This document shows, one piece after another, positions 25,925 to 37,407 of a DNA stretch of 64,000 nt. The stretch is taken from the NCBI RefSeq assembly GCF_037392515.1, contig NC_090294.1, positions 14,347,038 through 14,411,037 of the forward strand. The letters run 5' to 3'. A model generated the notes under the pieces. It searched no databases. It had not been told where the DNA came from and was given only the letters and a program-made list of their open reading frames with translations. Origin of the DNA: Haliotis asinina (Eukaryota). The number at the start of each line of letters is the position of its first letter. Positions within the stretch are counted from its first letter, which is position 1. A program made the position numbers and the translations under genes.

Positions 25925-27039
25925 GTAAGGATGGTTGTTGATGCCTTTTAGAAAGTGGTCAAATGTAACATGTTTTTTATTACATTTTGCGAGTGAAGTC
26001 CAGATTCTAATGCTTTACTTTGTGTGATGGTGCTTGTGTGCATCTCTCTGAGAGTGTGGATTCAACTCCCTAGTGGGACTCAAGCCAAAGGTACTACACT
26101 TTGTACTTTTCTGAGAAAGTGTGGAACACCTCCAAGGGGAGCGGGACTTGAGACAACATGAGACATAGCGTCACACAAAGAAAGGTAGCTTCAGTTCTTG
26201 TACACCTTTGAGATAGGGTGAACACTAAGTATACAGAGAAGAGTCCAACAGAGGCTATCAGCTTGTCCCTTCAAGTCCTTGGTTGTCTCTCTGCTGGTCT
26301 GTCCACGCCCTTCCCGCTGTCTTCCGGCTCCCCTTTCCCTTGCCTAACCACCCTGTTTTTATGTGTACATGAATAACAACAATTTGCTTAGCTTGCTATA
26401 TTTTCGACAAGTCAGCAGTTTCCACTGATTTGATAAGCTGTGGGTGACACACCGCAGACAAGTGTCCCGACACATCATTTCTAAGTGTGCACAAACAACA
26501 GTGTTACAAGTGTAATCAGATCCCCCATTTTTGGATGACTTCTTGTATTTCTGAAACAAGTACATTCAAATAGATGTACACTTGGCTTGAAGGATATGTT
26601 GTCTCTCTTAATGTACATGCCAATCAGATATTGGCCTTTTTTCTTTTCTATTTTTTTTTTTTTTTGAGTTAACTAACAAAATTAGTATGTTTGCATTTCT
26701 AAACGATAAGGACTGGAACTTCATATGACTAAAGGGAAGTAACTCTACATGGCACTGTATTACCTCCCCTGTCGAGAATCCCCTGGTTATAGGGCCCAGT
26801 TTGAGACTCCTCTGTATCAAGTTACTCACACTTTTCATATCAGGTATCCAGGTTAGCAGACAAGTGAATTTTGAACCACCTCAAGTTTGCCAGGACAGCA
26901 TAACCCAGGTTCTTAAATGTAGGACAGCATTCACTATTGAACACGAAAAGGTCATATTTGGGTCATTATCGATACCAGTCGATTGAATTTTAAAGCTTAC
27001 TTTATTAACTCAGCATCAGATATGAAATAACTGAAATGA

Positions 27040-27212
27040 CCCATGTGGATATAGCTGTGTCTAGTGGTTTAAACATTCACTTGTCATGCCAAAAGCCTGG
27101 ATTTGAATCCCAACATGGGTACAATGTGTGGAGCTCATTTCTGGTGTTCCTCACCATGATATTGCTGGAATATTGCTAAAAACAGCAAAAAAAATAAACT
27201 CGCTATATATTA
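27040..27212 (+). mobile_element. tRNA-derived SINE family A copy
   Basis: TAGTGGTTTAAAC (A-box-like) ... GGATTTGAATCCCAACATGGGTACAATGTGTGGAGCTCATTTCTGGTGT...GATATTGCTGGAATATTGCTAAAAACAGC. Confidence 0.8.
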
Positions 27213-27457
27213 CCTGTGAATATATCTTAAAATAAACTTTTCAACTCGTCAAAATATAATGTGTATTTGAATACCCGTTTAGGGACCATTGATAATCTAT
27301 GGCTAGGGGGAGTGATGATGATTTGTAATGGTAAACCATGTACAATGTGAACAACACCTGAGATTTATGTGTATCTATGCTTTCAAATAGGAATATATTT
27401 ATATTCATGAAGCCTCGAGTGAACATGGATTGGTTTATTGTTTGGTTCCATTTTCAG

Positions 27458-27527
27458 CAAGCGAGTGACTGGTGAAGAATGGCTTGTGTCAACACCAGGG
27501 GCTTATGTACCAGGAGTGTTTGAAGAG
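27458..27527 (+). CDS. MVP: MVP coding exon (N)[23 protein letters not shown]
   Basis: Acceptor ccattttcag|C, donor GAG|gtgaga. Matches human [23 protein letters not shown]. Confidence 0.9.
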
Positions 27528-28894
27528 GTGAGACAAAATCTGTTTGCTTTCTGAATTACAGTAAGTCATTGTACGGAGTGATCTGTGGGCTAGTAACCAA
27601 GACCATGACTCCTAAACTGAACACAGACTTAAAACAGTCTTAGTACTAAGGTTGCTTTGTTTAACTGCACACAGGGCTTAATGTTATGACACACGCATGC
27701 ACAAAATAGCTCTAATATCCAGCAACAAGTGCTGCGCAAAGGAGATTCCAAGTGCTTGAGTAACTGGATATGGTCTGTTTGCAGTTGAAGGGTACTGATG
27801 AATTTCACTTTAATCAGTAATGTAAATGAAATAAAGTAAAATTAAGGTTGTGAATCCTCAGAATTTTACCTTGCCAACTGAAAATTCCTATCTTAGAATA
27901 ATAATCAACTTTGGAAAGAGTTGGACACTGCTGACAATAGAAAATATGAAAAATCTCAAGTCTGATTCACCACTACGAACCATCAAGGTCCTTATGATCA
28001 AATGACCAGATGGTCTTACTCTTGTCAGTTATGATGCACGAAAATGTTCATGGACAGATCATTTGAAAGGCACGGACCATACTAATGGAACAGTCTACCA
28101 TCTGACATTCCGTGTGTACGTTTACGTCAACACATAAGATGCATTATTACAGACATGCATGCTGTAACCACAGTCTGTTTGCAGTGAAAATGTACTGATG
28201 AAGTTTACTTTAAACAAAAAGGTAAATCAAATAAAGTGAAGTTAAGGTTGCAAATCCTCATAATTTTACCTTGCCATTTGAAAAGTTTCAGGATTTTGTT
28301 CAACTTAGGATAAAAATTGTTTAAAAAACAATCATAGTTTCAAATCGCTATTATTGGTTTGTATTACAAGAGTTCATGCACATTAAACAAAATACCAAGA
28401 CAGTGTTCGCGTTAGTGCAGAAACATGTTTTTCAAGCAAAACAAATAATAAAACCAAAATCACAAAAAATATTTAGCATGCAGCTTTTGGACACATAGAT
28501 TCTGATCTACATAATTTTAGAAAGTATCTTAAAATTGCTACATAAACACAACCAATAAATTTTAACATGATTCCGGATTGGGCTGAAATTTCTTGCGCAA
28601 AAAGTTTGGACTACATATTTATGACTTTATTTCTGCACAGAGTCATACAAAACCTACCGCAACCACTGCCAAGAACATCGGAGGGTTGGTCTAACTTAAC
28701 ACTCATCACATACTGCACATGCATTTCTTTCTCTGTTTCAACTACTGCGCTTACTCCCTTGTAATACAAAAAAGTTCATAAGCGATTTGAAACTATGATC
28801 ATTAGTTGGCTCATGACGTATTTATAAAATTTCTGATAATTAGAGAATTAAGATGGATAAATATTCACTTCAACTGTATTGTGTTTCACTGTAG

Positions 28895-28989
28895 GTACTC
28901 GGTGTGAAATCAAAGATAACCTTGACCCATGATGCTGGCCTTCACCTTCGTGCCACTCGGACATTAACTGATGCGTATGGTGACAGCAG
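28895..28989 (+). CDS. MVP: MVP coding exon VLGVKSKITLTHDAGLHLRATRTLTDAYGDS(R)
   Basis: Acceptor tcactgtag|GTACTC, donor CAG|gtaaat. Matches human [32 protein letters not shown]. Confidence 0.85.
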
Positions 28990-29139
28990 GTAAATTATGT
29001 GGTTAAATCATCCTTTTGTCCATTTGGGTCATTCGGACTGCAGCTGTGGATAGACTTAGTATGTGTTGTATTACCCATTCTCAGTGAAGTACAGATTCCT
29101 GTACTTTGGTTGGGTTTGGCTTGATTTGGTTAGTTGTTT

Positions 29140-29390
29140 CTATGCTTCACTGATCAATATTCCAGCTGTGTGGCGCCGGTTTGTAAATAATTGAGTCCGG
29201 ACCAGACAGTTAAGTGGACAATAGCATGAGCATCAATCTTTACACTTGGGATATGATGACTTATGTCATCCAACTGAGCAAGCCTTACTACCCAATCTCA
29301 TTGGTCTGATTTTACAACAGGCATGGGTTTCTGAAGACTGATTCTCAATTTTTTAGGGGTTGGGCCCCATCTGGAGACTGTGTTCATAGT
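29140..29390 (-). mobile_element. SINE family B copy (minus)
   Basis: Reverse complement gives CAGAAACCCATGCCTGTTG...GATTGATGCTCATGCTATTGTCCACTTAACTGTCTGGTCCGGACTCAATTATTTACAAACCGGCGCCACACAGCTGGAATATTGATCAGTGAAGC. Confidence 0.75.
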
Positions 29391-29728
29391 CATGGATATG
29401 TTAATTGTTTGGTATCAAACTTGTGTGTTTTTCAAAAGTTGACTACAGTCCCCCATGCTTGTCATTAGTGTAGATCACTTGACTATTTAGAGGTGGCCAT
29501 TTTGTTTGCCACAGTGTTGCAACAGAAAACAAACGACCCTTGCTAAATGTTCCACTTAGATAGTTTCCCAACAACCTATGTTACAAGAAGCATTTGAAAC
29601 ACAAAGGAGCAAATGATGGCCAGTCTTTGTACCCCAATAATTGTAGCTCACAAAAATAAATCACTGGATAAATGTATGTACTGATGTGAAGTACACTCAG
29701 TGAAGGGTGTGTGATGTTTTTGTTGCAG

Positions 29729-29795
29729 GTTGGCTGGAGATGAATGGCTTCTGACAGGAGAAGAAACTGATAGTTATTTTCCTGAAGTTGGAGTG
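29729..29795 (+). CDS. MVP: MVP coding exon (R)LAGDEWLLTGEETDSYFPEVGV
   Basis: Acceptor ttttgttgcag|G, donor GTG|gtaatt. Matches human [20 protein letters not shown]. Confidence 0.85.
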
Positions 29796-29837
29796 GTAAT
29801 TCAGTCCTAGTTCATAGATGTTTTGGTAAAGAATATG

Positions 29838-30000
29838 AGTGTGTGAGTGAGTATGGTTGGATGCTACTGTAATCAATATTTCAGCAATATCACGGAACAC
29901 ACCAGAAATGGACTTCACATATTGTATCCATGTAGGGAATCAAACCCGGGACTTCTATGCGACAGGCGAACACTTAAACCACTGGGCCATTCCACCACCT
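29838..30000 (-). mobile_element. SINE family A copy (minus)
   Basis: ACACCAGAAATGGACTTCACATATTGTATCCATGTAGGGAATCAAACCCGGG is the reverse complement of the family A core. Confidence 0.8.
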
Positions 30001-30849
30001 TGGTAATGAATGTGTATAAGATTTAGAGGTGATGTGTGATGTATGTGTTGTCATTGATATGTGTAGGTGATCTTGTGGTATAAGGGACCGATCCCTATTT
30101 ATAGGTAAGTGTTGTGATGATGATTTAGTGGGGAGGGCGGGTACTCATTTTGTTCTGGGGAGGTAGGGGGATCATCACTTGTACAGATGATGATTAAAAA
30201 TTATGGGATGGGGAGTGGTGGATCACTAATTTTGTACAGTACACGCAGGATGGGTCTCTTACTTTGTACATACTTTTTTTTGAGGAGGTGATTCACGGGG
30301 ATGGGGATTCACGTCGCATATGCTTCACCATAAAAATCATCACCCCTATCCATAAATTATCCTCGATCGTATTGATGTGATCAGTACAGTGGAAGCTGTC
30401 TAAACAGGCACTCACAGGGACTGAAGAAATGATCCTGTTTAGACAATGTGCTGGATTGGAGAGCTGATGATAAATGTATATGCCACCGATGGGACTGAGA
30501 TTTTGTGCTGGTGTTTACAACTTGCCGGATTGGACAGATGCCAGTAATGACAGCTTCCACTGTAATTAGAAGGTGTGCACAAAGATGTAAATGCGTGCTA
30601 TATTTGTATTTGCGTCTTTGTGTACACCTTCTGCTGATGATGTAGACTCTGTGGGTGCAGTCAGTGCTGTTGCTGGAAATGATGATGGTGTTTTCCCAAT
30701 ATTTTTTGCGACTGTGGTGTACATAATTTTGATGTAGGTGTAAGTAATGATAATAAAGATAACTGTACATTTATAATTCACTAAATTCCATTCACTCGGT
30801 GAATGCTCATAGCTCAACAGTCTTTATTACCCTAGGTAATCCAGCCTGC

Positions 30850-31093
30850 CAGTAAGGCACTAGGATATTCATCACATGACTTATCCCACCAGGTACCCAT
30901 TTTCTGCTGGGCGAACAGTTGTAAGGTAGTTGAAAAAGCCTTCACTCATGACAATAAAGCCCCGAGTTTGATTCCCCACATGGGTACAATGTGTGAAGCC
31001 CATTTCTGGTGTTCCCTATTGTGATGTTTCTGGAGTATTGCTAAAATCAGCATAAAACACAACTAACTCACTCACTCACTCACTCACTCACTT
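30850..31093 (+). mobile_element. SINE family A copy with (CACT)n tail
   Basis: GAGTTTGATTCCCCACATGGGTACAATGTGTGAAGCCCATTTCTGGTGT...GGAGTATTGCTAAAATCAGCATAAAAC...ACTCACTCACTCACTCACTCAC. Confidence 0.85.
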
Positions 31094-31165
31094 TGTTAAT
31101 GATGTGCATGAAATAGTTAAAGACAGTGTTGATGTAGTCGGTAACCAAGACATGTCCTGCTGCAG

Positions 31166-31307
31166 GAGGTCGTGAAGCAGGTGAAGAAGACAGTGGTCAG
31201 CAAGGGTCAGTACTGTGTTGTCCTTGACCCTGTAGATGAAGACAAGAGGCCATGCCTTGGAAAGCGGGTGCTGAAGAAGGGGTTGTGTACATTTTTCCTT
31301 CATCCAG
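31166..31307 (+). CDS. MVP: MVP coding exon EVVKQVKKTVVSKGQYCVVLDPVDEDKRPCLGKRVLKKGLCTFFLHP(G)
   Basis: Acceptor tcctgctgcag|GAGGTC, donor CCAG|gtaaac. Matches human [35 protein letters not shown]. Confidence 0.9.
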
Positions 31308-31539
31308 GTAAACAAGAGCGGCACATTTCCTTACTCTCGACTTTTCACACAGTCACAATGACTGAGGCAGTTTTAATTCTATCACCTTAGAAGACAAGTT
31401 AGCCAGAAAATATGCCTGTTGTCTTAAACGTTTCAGCTGGTAATAAACTTGTCATTTCAGTGGCAAAACAGTACAGATATTACAGGTATCAAAGCGGGGA
31501 ATGCAGTATTAGGTTCTGTTCGTATGTTTGTATGAAGTG

Positions 31540-32070
31540 GAATATCTTGAGAACTTTTCTTTAGATTTTTTTCATATTTGGTACCTAGGTTCACCACAGT
31601 ATAAGAAAGGTCCCAGTCAGATTTGGTGACCTTGACCTTTATTTCAAGGTCAGAATGGGATGTTGACGTTTTACCCTTGCCATCGAGATATCTCACTGGA
31701 TTTTCTTCATATTTAAGATAGGGCTTGTCTTGGCAAGGCGCCAGCCCCAGCCAATTTTGGTGACCTTAAATCCACTTAATTGTCAAAGTGTTGTTGACAC
31801 TTTGAAGATGCCAGCATGTTAAGGTGCATGTTAAGCTGGTCGGCAAGATATCTCAAGTACTGTTTGCTGGATTTTCTTCATATTCAACAACAAATTTTAT
31901 CTAAGGCATGTGCAGGGCCCAGTTGATTTCAAGGTCACTGTGACACTTTGAATATTCCAGCATATTACACAGCCTGTTAAGATTGTCAGCAAGGTAAAGA
32001 CTTTGTACACTTTCAAGACTTTCCTTGAATGTTTTTCAATAAGCAATTTCTTAAATACCATTTGGGCATA
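31540..32070. repeat. ~175-bp tandem repeat x3 in MVP intron
   Basis: Reiterated GGATTTTCTTCATATT...GGTGACCTT...CAAGGTCA...GACACTTTGAA...CCAGCAT...AAG..GTCAGCAAGATATCTCA blocks. Confidence 0.6.
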
Positions 32071-32139
32071 TATTTCATACTCTAAGACATTAATGTCAAA
32101 GTCCGAGTGAACCTTGAAAATATTTGTGTGTTTGAACAA

Positions 32140-32325
32140 CTACAAACGGGATCGAGTGGCAGGCTTGGTTGACAAATGTCAGTGTATCGCTATTGAGTAG
32201 ATCAGTGCTCATGCTGTTGGTCACTGGATTGTCTGGTCCAGACTGTATTGTTTACAGACCACTGCCATATAGCTGGAGTATTGCTAAGTGTGGTGTAAAA
32301 CCAAACTCACTCACTCACTGAAAGT
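32140..32325 (+). mobile_element. SINE family B copy (5'-truncated) with (CACT)n tail
   Basis: GATCAGTGCTCATGCTGTTGGTCACTGGATTGTCTGGTCCAGACTGTATTGTTTACAGACCACTGCCATATAGCTGGAGTATTGCTAAGTGTGGTGTAAAACCAAACTCACTCACTCAC. Confidence 0.85.
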
Positions 32326-32354
32326 TATGACATTTTGTGTCTTCCCATGTTTAG

Positions 32355-32456
32355 GTGAGAGGCTTGAGGATGGCATACAGAACTCCCATGTCCTGTCAGC
32401 TGATGAGAGCCTCGTCCTCCAGGCCACGGGAGCATTTACTGATGATATGTTTAAAG
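32355..32456 (+). CDS. MVP: MVP coding exon (G)ERLEDGIQNSHVLSADESLVLQATGAFTDDMFK(G)
   Basis: Acceptor ccatgtttag|GTGAGAGG, donor AAAG|gtatgg. Matches human [36 protein letters not shown]. Confidence 0.85.
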
Positions 32457-32809
32457 GTATGGACAATATTATATTATTATTATTATATATTTAAAGGAGT
32501 GGCTAGTAATAACCTGAGTAGGCTTGTGTTAATGTATCAGATCCCACAGATCCCATCTTACTTTGCCTTTGTTCACCAGCAGAATAAATGGGTGCCCAGT
32601 AGGATAAGTTATGTGCTTATTAACCTTCTTGTGCCTTGGATGCAGCTTTAGGTATCTGAGGTAATTATGTGCCATGCTTTAATTGTTGTTGTCCTCAGCA
32701 TGCATGAGATTAGCGCATTACAAATGCACTTATTATACTAAAGCCATGTGAAGCTTGTTTATTTGCAAAAGTGAAGAGTTTTTACATATTGTTTTTTTTT
32801 TTTCAACAG

Positions 32810-32900
32810 GAAAGCCTAAAAGAAAGCCAGGTGATTTGTGGTTGATCCGAGGACCACTCGAGTACATCCCACCCATTGAAGTGGAGATTGTGAAGAAAAG
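32810..32900 (+). CDS. MVP: MVP coding exon (G)[29 protein letters not shown](R)
   Basis: Acceptor t-rich tract caacag|GAAAGCC, donor AAAAG|gtaatg. Matches human [25 protein letters not shown]. Confidence 0.9.
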
Positions 32901-33168
32901 GTAATGATATCTTGTAGTGTTATAAGACTGGTAGTGGTGTCCTATCCTGTTAATGTACCATGAAGAGAAGTCGGTCTACCCACACTTCGAAATAAAGATC
33001 TTGAGGAGTTCTAGATCTATCCACCCTTTGTCGAAATTGGAACTTGTGAAGGGATGGTAGGTTGATCAAATCAGACTCCTAAGTAGTGATTGGGAAGAGA
33101 ATTTAGCCCTTGTTGTTGAATAATGTGAATCACAAGGTATCACAAGACATCTCTCTTATTTGTTCCAG

Positions 33169-33229
33169 AGAAACTATGCCGCTTAGCAAGAATGAGGGTA
33201 TCTATGTTCAGAACAGGCAGACAGGGAAG
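33169..33229 (+). CDS. MVP: MVP coding exon (R)ETMPLSKNEGIYVQNRQTGK
   Basis: Acceptor tttgttccag|A, donor AAG|gtacgt. Matches human [20 protein letters not shown]. Confidence 0.9.
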
Positions 33230-33329
33230 GTACGTTCACAAAATCAGATGCTGGTGGTAATGGACAATAATGTACTCTGCAAGATTTACTACAATTCAGA
33301 CTAGCTAATGAGACAAAGGACACACTATC

Positions 33330-33590
33330 TGGCAGGATGGTAAAGTGGACACTCCTTATGCCAAACATTGGTGTTTAATTTCCCACATGGGTACAATATG
33401 TGAAGCCAATTTCTAGTCTCCCCTGTTGTGATGTTGCATGAATATTGCTAAAAGCAGCATAAAAGTCCACTCAAGTCTCACTCACACTCCCACTGACCCA
33501 TCCTGTCACTCACTCACTCACTCACTCACTCACTCACTCACTCACTCACTCACTCACTCACTCACTCACTCACTCACTCACTCACTCTGC
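33330..33590 (+). mobile_element. SINE family A copy followed by a long (CACT)n tail
   Basis: TTTCCCACATGGGTACAATATGTGAAGCCAATTTCTAGTCTCCCCTGTTGTGATGTTGCATGAATATTGCTAAAAGCAGCATAAAAG... then (CACT)~20 at 33507-33588. Confidence 0.85.
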
Positions 33591-33664
33591 TTTTCTCCAT
33601 ACAGTTTGACCCCATTTTCAGAGTTAACAAATGTGCAGATAAATGATTTTATGAGCAATATTTT

Positions 33665-33765
33665 GGTAGGGAACACCAGAAATGGGCTTCACACATTGTA
33701 CCCATGTGGGGAATTGAACCCATGTCTTTCACCACTAGGCTACTGCACCGGCCCCGCCATGAAGA
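33665..33765 (-). mobile_element. SINE family A fragment (minus), inverted relative to the copy at 33330
   Basis: AACACCAGAAATGGGCTTCACACATTGTACCCATGTGGGGAATTGAACCCATG... with tRNA-like head CACTAGGCTACTGCACCGGCCCCGCC. Confidence 0.8.
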
Positions 33766-33865
33766 GACCGGCCATCAGAGATATTTTTCAAGTTACCATT
33801 CAACGTTATTTCGCACTGAGGGGTCCCGAAGTCACCTGTTTGATAATTTATGACTGTCTCTTCAG

Positions 33866-33960
33866 ATAAGAAGTGTGATGGGGCCATGCTCGTACATGCT
33901 GAATGCACACGAGGAACTATGGGAGAAACCATTAACTCCAGAGGTTGAGGAGATACTCAG
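33866..33960 (+). CDS. MVP: MVP coding exon IRSVMGPCSYMLNAHEELWEKPLTPEVEEIL(R)
   Basis: Acceptor tgtctcttcag|ATAAGA, donor CAG|gtaccc. Matches human [30 protein letters not shown]. Confidence 0.9.
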
Positions 33961-34573
33961 GTACCCAGTGGACTCTTCCATAATTATCTTCAAATGATGG
34001 TTTTCACAACTACATGTATATCATAGAAGAATTTAAATATTTTATCAACTTGCGGAAATAAGGATTGGTTGGTGTAGGGGTGGAAATATTTGTTGTTTTG
34101 TATTTTGACTTCATATCATTCAGCAATGTAATCATTTAATATTGCATCCAGTACAGTTCTGTAAAATTAAGCATTTCCCTCTTTTAAGATCCTTTCATCA
34201 CTGAAATTCAAGTCACTATGATGAAAGCATCTGCCAATACTATATTTGCATATCATCGTACGTCTAGATTCCTGTTAGGTGACGTTTATAAAAAATTAAT
34301 GAGCTTTGGCATATGATCAAAGCCATATAAATCCCTGCTTCACCTGTATGCTGTCTGTCAAGAGTCAGGTCTTACCTCTTTATGTTCATAGAGATAGCAA
34401 ATGAAGTGTTTTTAGAAAATATGATGAATAAGAAATAATAATATGTATTGCAAGCCTTTATTATGTAAGATGTCATTTATGATTGCTTTCCCATGACGTA
34501 GACAGAGTAAGGCCCTCTGCTAAATGGAGTTTCATTGAAGTGTTAATGTGTCTGTTTTTTTAAATATTTCCAG

Positions 34574-34652
34574 GAATGGTGGTGGCATCGGTGATGGAAA
34601 CATTCGAAAACTGGCATACTACGAGCAGTCCATCAATCCAAGTATTCTCATG
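34574..34652 (+). CDS. MVP: MVP coding exon (R)NGGGIGDGNIRKLAYYEQSINPSILM
   Basis: Acceptor atatttccag|G. Donor ATG|gtactg is a weaker donor, chosen for frame continuity with the next exon. Corresponds to the variable human NKGQDPLADRGEKDTAKSLQPLA segment. Confidence 0.65.
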
Positions 34653-34994
34653 GTACTGTTGATATTGAGCACAATACTGTTGTTTCATCACTGTTATAAA
34701 AAAACACATGTCAAATGTTTTGTAATTAAAAACAAGTCAGTAAGATGAGACTTGACATAAATTTATACACTAATTTAGGCCAGTGTTGTCATGCTAGTTT
34801 ATGATCACTATCACTGACTGTCTGACAGTAGATGTTAAGGAGATAAACATACTATGTTTAAAAACCAGAGGTATATAACAAAATTACAATAAATCTAAAT
34901 TTAATTCAAAACCAAACATGTAGATTTGATGTGTTGTTCCTGATCAGCACACAGGTATATCTAATGTCTAGATTTGACAATGGTTGACATCTTG

Positions 34995-35215
34995 TAGAGG
35001 TGAGGAAGAGCTATGTTTGTCGTAAAAGGCGACTAATGGGATTGGGTGATCAGGTTAGCAGACATGGTTGACACATGTGATCATAGCCCATTTTGTGTAG
35101 ATCAGTGCTGATGATGGTGATCACTTGATTGTCTGAACCAGATTCAATTATTTACATTTATAGCTAGAATATTGCTGAGTCCAGTGTTAAACAACAAACC
35201 AAACAACTATTTGTC
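34995..35215 (+). mobile_element. SINE family B copy
   Basis: GTCGTAAAAGGCGACTAATGGGATTGGGTGATCAGG...GATCAGTGCTGATGATGGTGATCACTTGATTGTCTGAACCAGATTCAATTATTTACA...CTAGAATATTGCTGAGTCCAGTGTTAAAC. Confidence 0.75.
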
Positions 35216-35290
35216 AGTTATGGCCTGGCCATTCAGATCTGTATCCTACTGATTTCACTTATTATGTTTTCTTTCATTTTTTTTTCTCAG

Positions 35291-35347
35291 GGCAGAAACA
35301 GAACCAAAATAGTTACATACCGTTGTCCCGGTAACACAGCTGTCCAG
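35291..35347 (+). CDS. MVP: MVP coding exon GRNRTKIVTYRCPGNTAVQ
   Basis: Acceptor ttttttctcag|GGC, donor CAG|gtgagt. Matches human PRNKTRVVSYRVPHNAAVQ. Confidence 0.9.
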
Positions 35348-35647
35348 GTGAGTTGTGCATGAACAGGTGATTAATATTTGTGGAAAAGAGAATGAAAATT
35401 GTAGAGGTAACATGCATACACTATGGTATAACATGGTTGTTTATGTTGTTTGTTTAAATTGTTACCCTGGTAGCAGTACACTGAAAGACATTTCTAAAAA
35501 CATGTTACAATATGTATGTTATTTTGGTAGTGTATGTTTTGATTATGCTAAGTCTGAAGGAAGAACTATTTGCACTAACACCTCAAGTTTTGTTTTGCTG
35601 TTTACACAGACATAAGAAGTAATATATATATAGAAAATTCTCTCACA

Positions 35648-35945
35648 TAATTGACCCATGAAGGTCTGGGGTAGAATAGGCCTTCAGCAACCCATGCTTG
35701 CTGTAAAAGGTGACTATAAGAGGCGAATAACAGGATTGTGTGGACAGGCTTGCTGCCTTGGTTGACACATTTTATCATTTCCGCAGATTGGCGCAGATTG
35801 ATGGTCATGTTGTTGATCACTGGATTGTCTGGTCCAGACTTGATTATTTACAGACCACTGCCACATAACTGGAATATTGCTGGGTGCAGCATAAGCCTAA
35901 ACTCACTGACTCATTCACTCACTCACTCACTCACTCACTTACTGT
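35648..35945 (+). mobile_element. SINE family B copy (full length) with (CACT)n tail
   Basis: GGGGTAGAATAGGCCTTCAGCAACCCATGCTTGCTGTAAAAGGTGACTA...GATTGATGGTCATGTTGTTGATCACTGGATTGTCTGGTCCAGACTTGATTATTTACAGACCACTGCCACATAACTGGAATATTGCTGGGTGCAGCATAAGCCTAAACTCACTGACTCATTCACTCACTCAC. Confidence 0.85.
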
Positions 35946-36075
35946 CACATAATTTGTTGTTTGTTTGCTGTAACAAAAGGCAAACTCTTCAAGTCTTCAA
36001 AATATGTTTGGTCCATGATCAATTTTTCCCATTTTCCTGAACCAGTACTTGATCACACTTGTGACAATCTTGCAG

Positions 36076-36172
36076 GTGTACAATTATATGCAAAAGACTG
36101 CGAGGGTAGTGCTCGGGCCAGACCTCATCATCCTGGGTCCACATGAAAACTTCAACGTGCTCAGTCTCAGTG
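36076..36172 (+). CDS. MVP: MVP coding exon [32 protein letters not shown](G)
   Basis: Acceptor atcttgcag|GTG, donor AGTG|gtcagt. Matches human [33 protein letters not shown]. Confidence 0.9.
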
Positions 36173-36244
36173 GTCAGTAGATACTTGATGTACTGGCCAT
36201 AGATATATTTAATTCCAGTTTTGTGTTCATCGTTGTCCATTTAC

Positions 36245-36425
36245 TTAATTACCCATGAATCTCTGGGTTAGGCTTGATCTTCTATAACCAATGCTTGTCC
36301 TAAGAGGTGACAAATGGGATCAGGTGGTCAGGCTTACTCACTTTACACATTCTATCCCATTTCCTCAGATCGATGCTCTTGATCACTGGATCACGCACTC
36401 ATCGACTTAATTTCAAGTGATCCCA
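36245..36425 (+). mobile_element. SINE family B fragment (5' part)
   Basis: CTCTGGGTTAGGCTTGATCTTCTATAACCAATGCTTGTCCTAAGAGGTGACAAATGGGATCAGGTGGTCAGGC...GATCGATGCTCTTGATCACTGGATCA. Confidence 0.65.
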
Positions 36426-36755
36426 TTCTTCTATGTTTCATATTGTACTGTTAGTGCTTTAAGAGCCTATCTTGTTTGTATGACAAAGTGGTCTCATCTC
36501 CAGTGTTTAATTTTGCATGGGATTTGGGATCCTAAAAGGTAATAATCCTGATTAGGCCCTGCCCTTTCTACATACATATGTAATTATGAAATAAATATTA
36601 GGTGTACGTACAATGACATCTGTAAGATTGAAGCTGGCCACAAAACTACCAACTGCTGTGATGATGAAAACTTGTACATTTTATTATATTTCACTCTAAA
36701 GAGAGTGTGATTTTTAATTTCTTTTTTTTTGTTTGTTTGTGTGTGTGTACATCAG

Positions 36756-36835
36756 CTGGCAAGCCCAAGAAAGCCAATGCTTTGAAGTCACTATGCATGA
36801 TGTTGGGGCCAGACTTTATTACAGATATTCTTGAG
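36756..36835 (+). CDS. MVP: MVP coding exon (A)GKPKKANALKSLCMMLGPDFITDILE
   Basis: Acceptor gtacatcag|CT, donor GAG|gtaaga. Matches human [28 protein letters not shown]. Confidence 0.9.
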
Positions 36836-37221
36836 GTAAGAAGATCTTTGCATTCCATGATTTTTATAGAGAAGCATATCCCTCCCCTTCGCCTTCTCCA
36901 CCTGTACAAAACAACGACGCCCCATCCACCCCACCACCCCTTCTAGGGAATCACTACATTAACCCCCTAGCCGTAAGTTTTGAATGTTTCCTATGTATTT
37001 TGTTTTAAATTATTTACATTGATTTTTGCAAAATATGATTTCAAGTTGAAATGTGCAAATGTTGTGAATCATCCTGATTTGCCAAAGTCCCACTTTGGCC
37101 ATTGTGATATTGTTGACCAATCATTGATTGAGACTGAACATTACCCATAACCCATTATCCATTCTTATGTTTCTGTGACACGTAGAACTTACTTAACATG
37201 GCTTATGTTTTTTGCATGCAG

Positions 37222-37281
37222 GTTGAGACTGCAGATCATGCAAGACTAAAAATCCAAATAGCATTCAACAATCATTTCGAG
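37222..37281 (+). CDS. MVP: MVP coding exon [20 protein letters not shown]
   Basis: Acceptor ttttgcatgcag|GTT, donor GAG|gtaatt. Matches human [20 protein letters not shown]. Confidence 0.95.
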
Positions 37282-37407
37282 GTAATTATTTATATATTTC
37301 AAGAAATGATGATATTTTTTTAGTTATTTACATAGATTTTTTGTTTATATTTATAAGATACAATAAATATATGTTATATTCTGTAAATGTAGATAATTTC
37401 TTCACTG

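Noticed and set aside
30380-30570. 14-bp inverted repeat CAGTGGAAGCTGTC…GACAGCTTCCACTG flanking ~150 bp, considered as a MITE
   Set aside because: There is a single short inverted repeat without a recognisable target-site duplication or other copies in the window. The evidence is insufficient.
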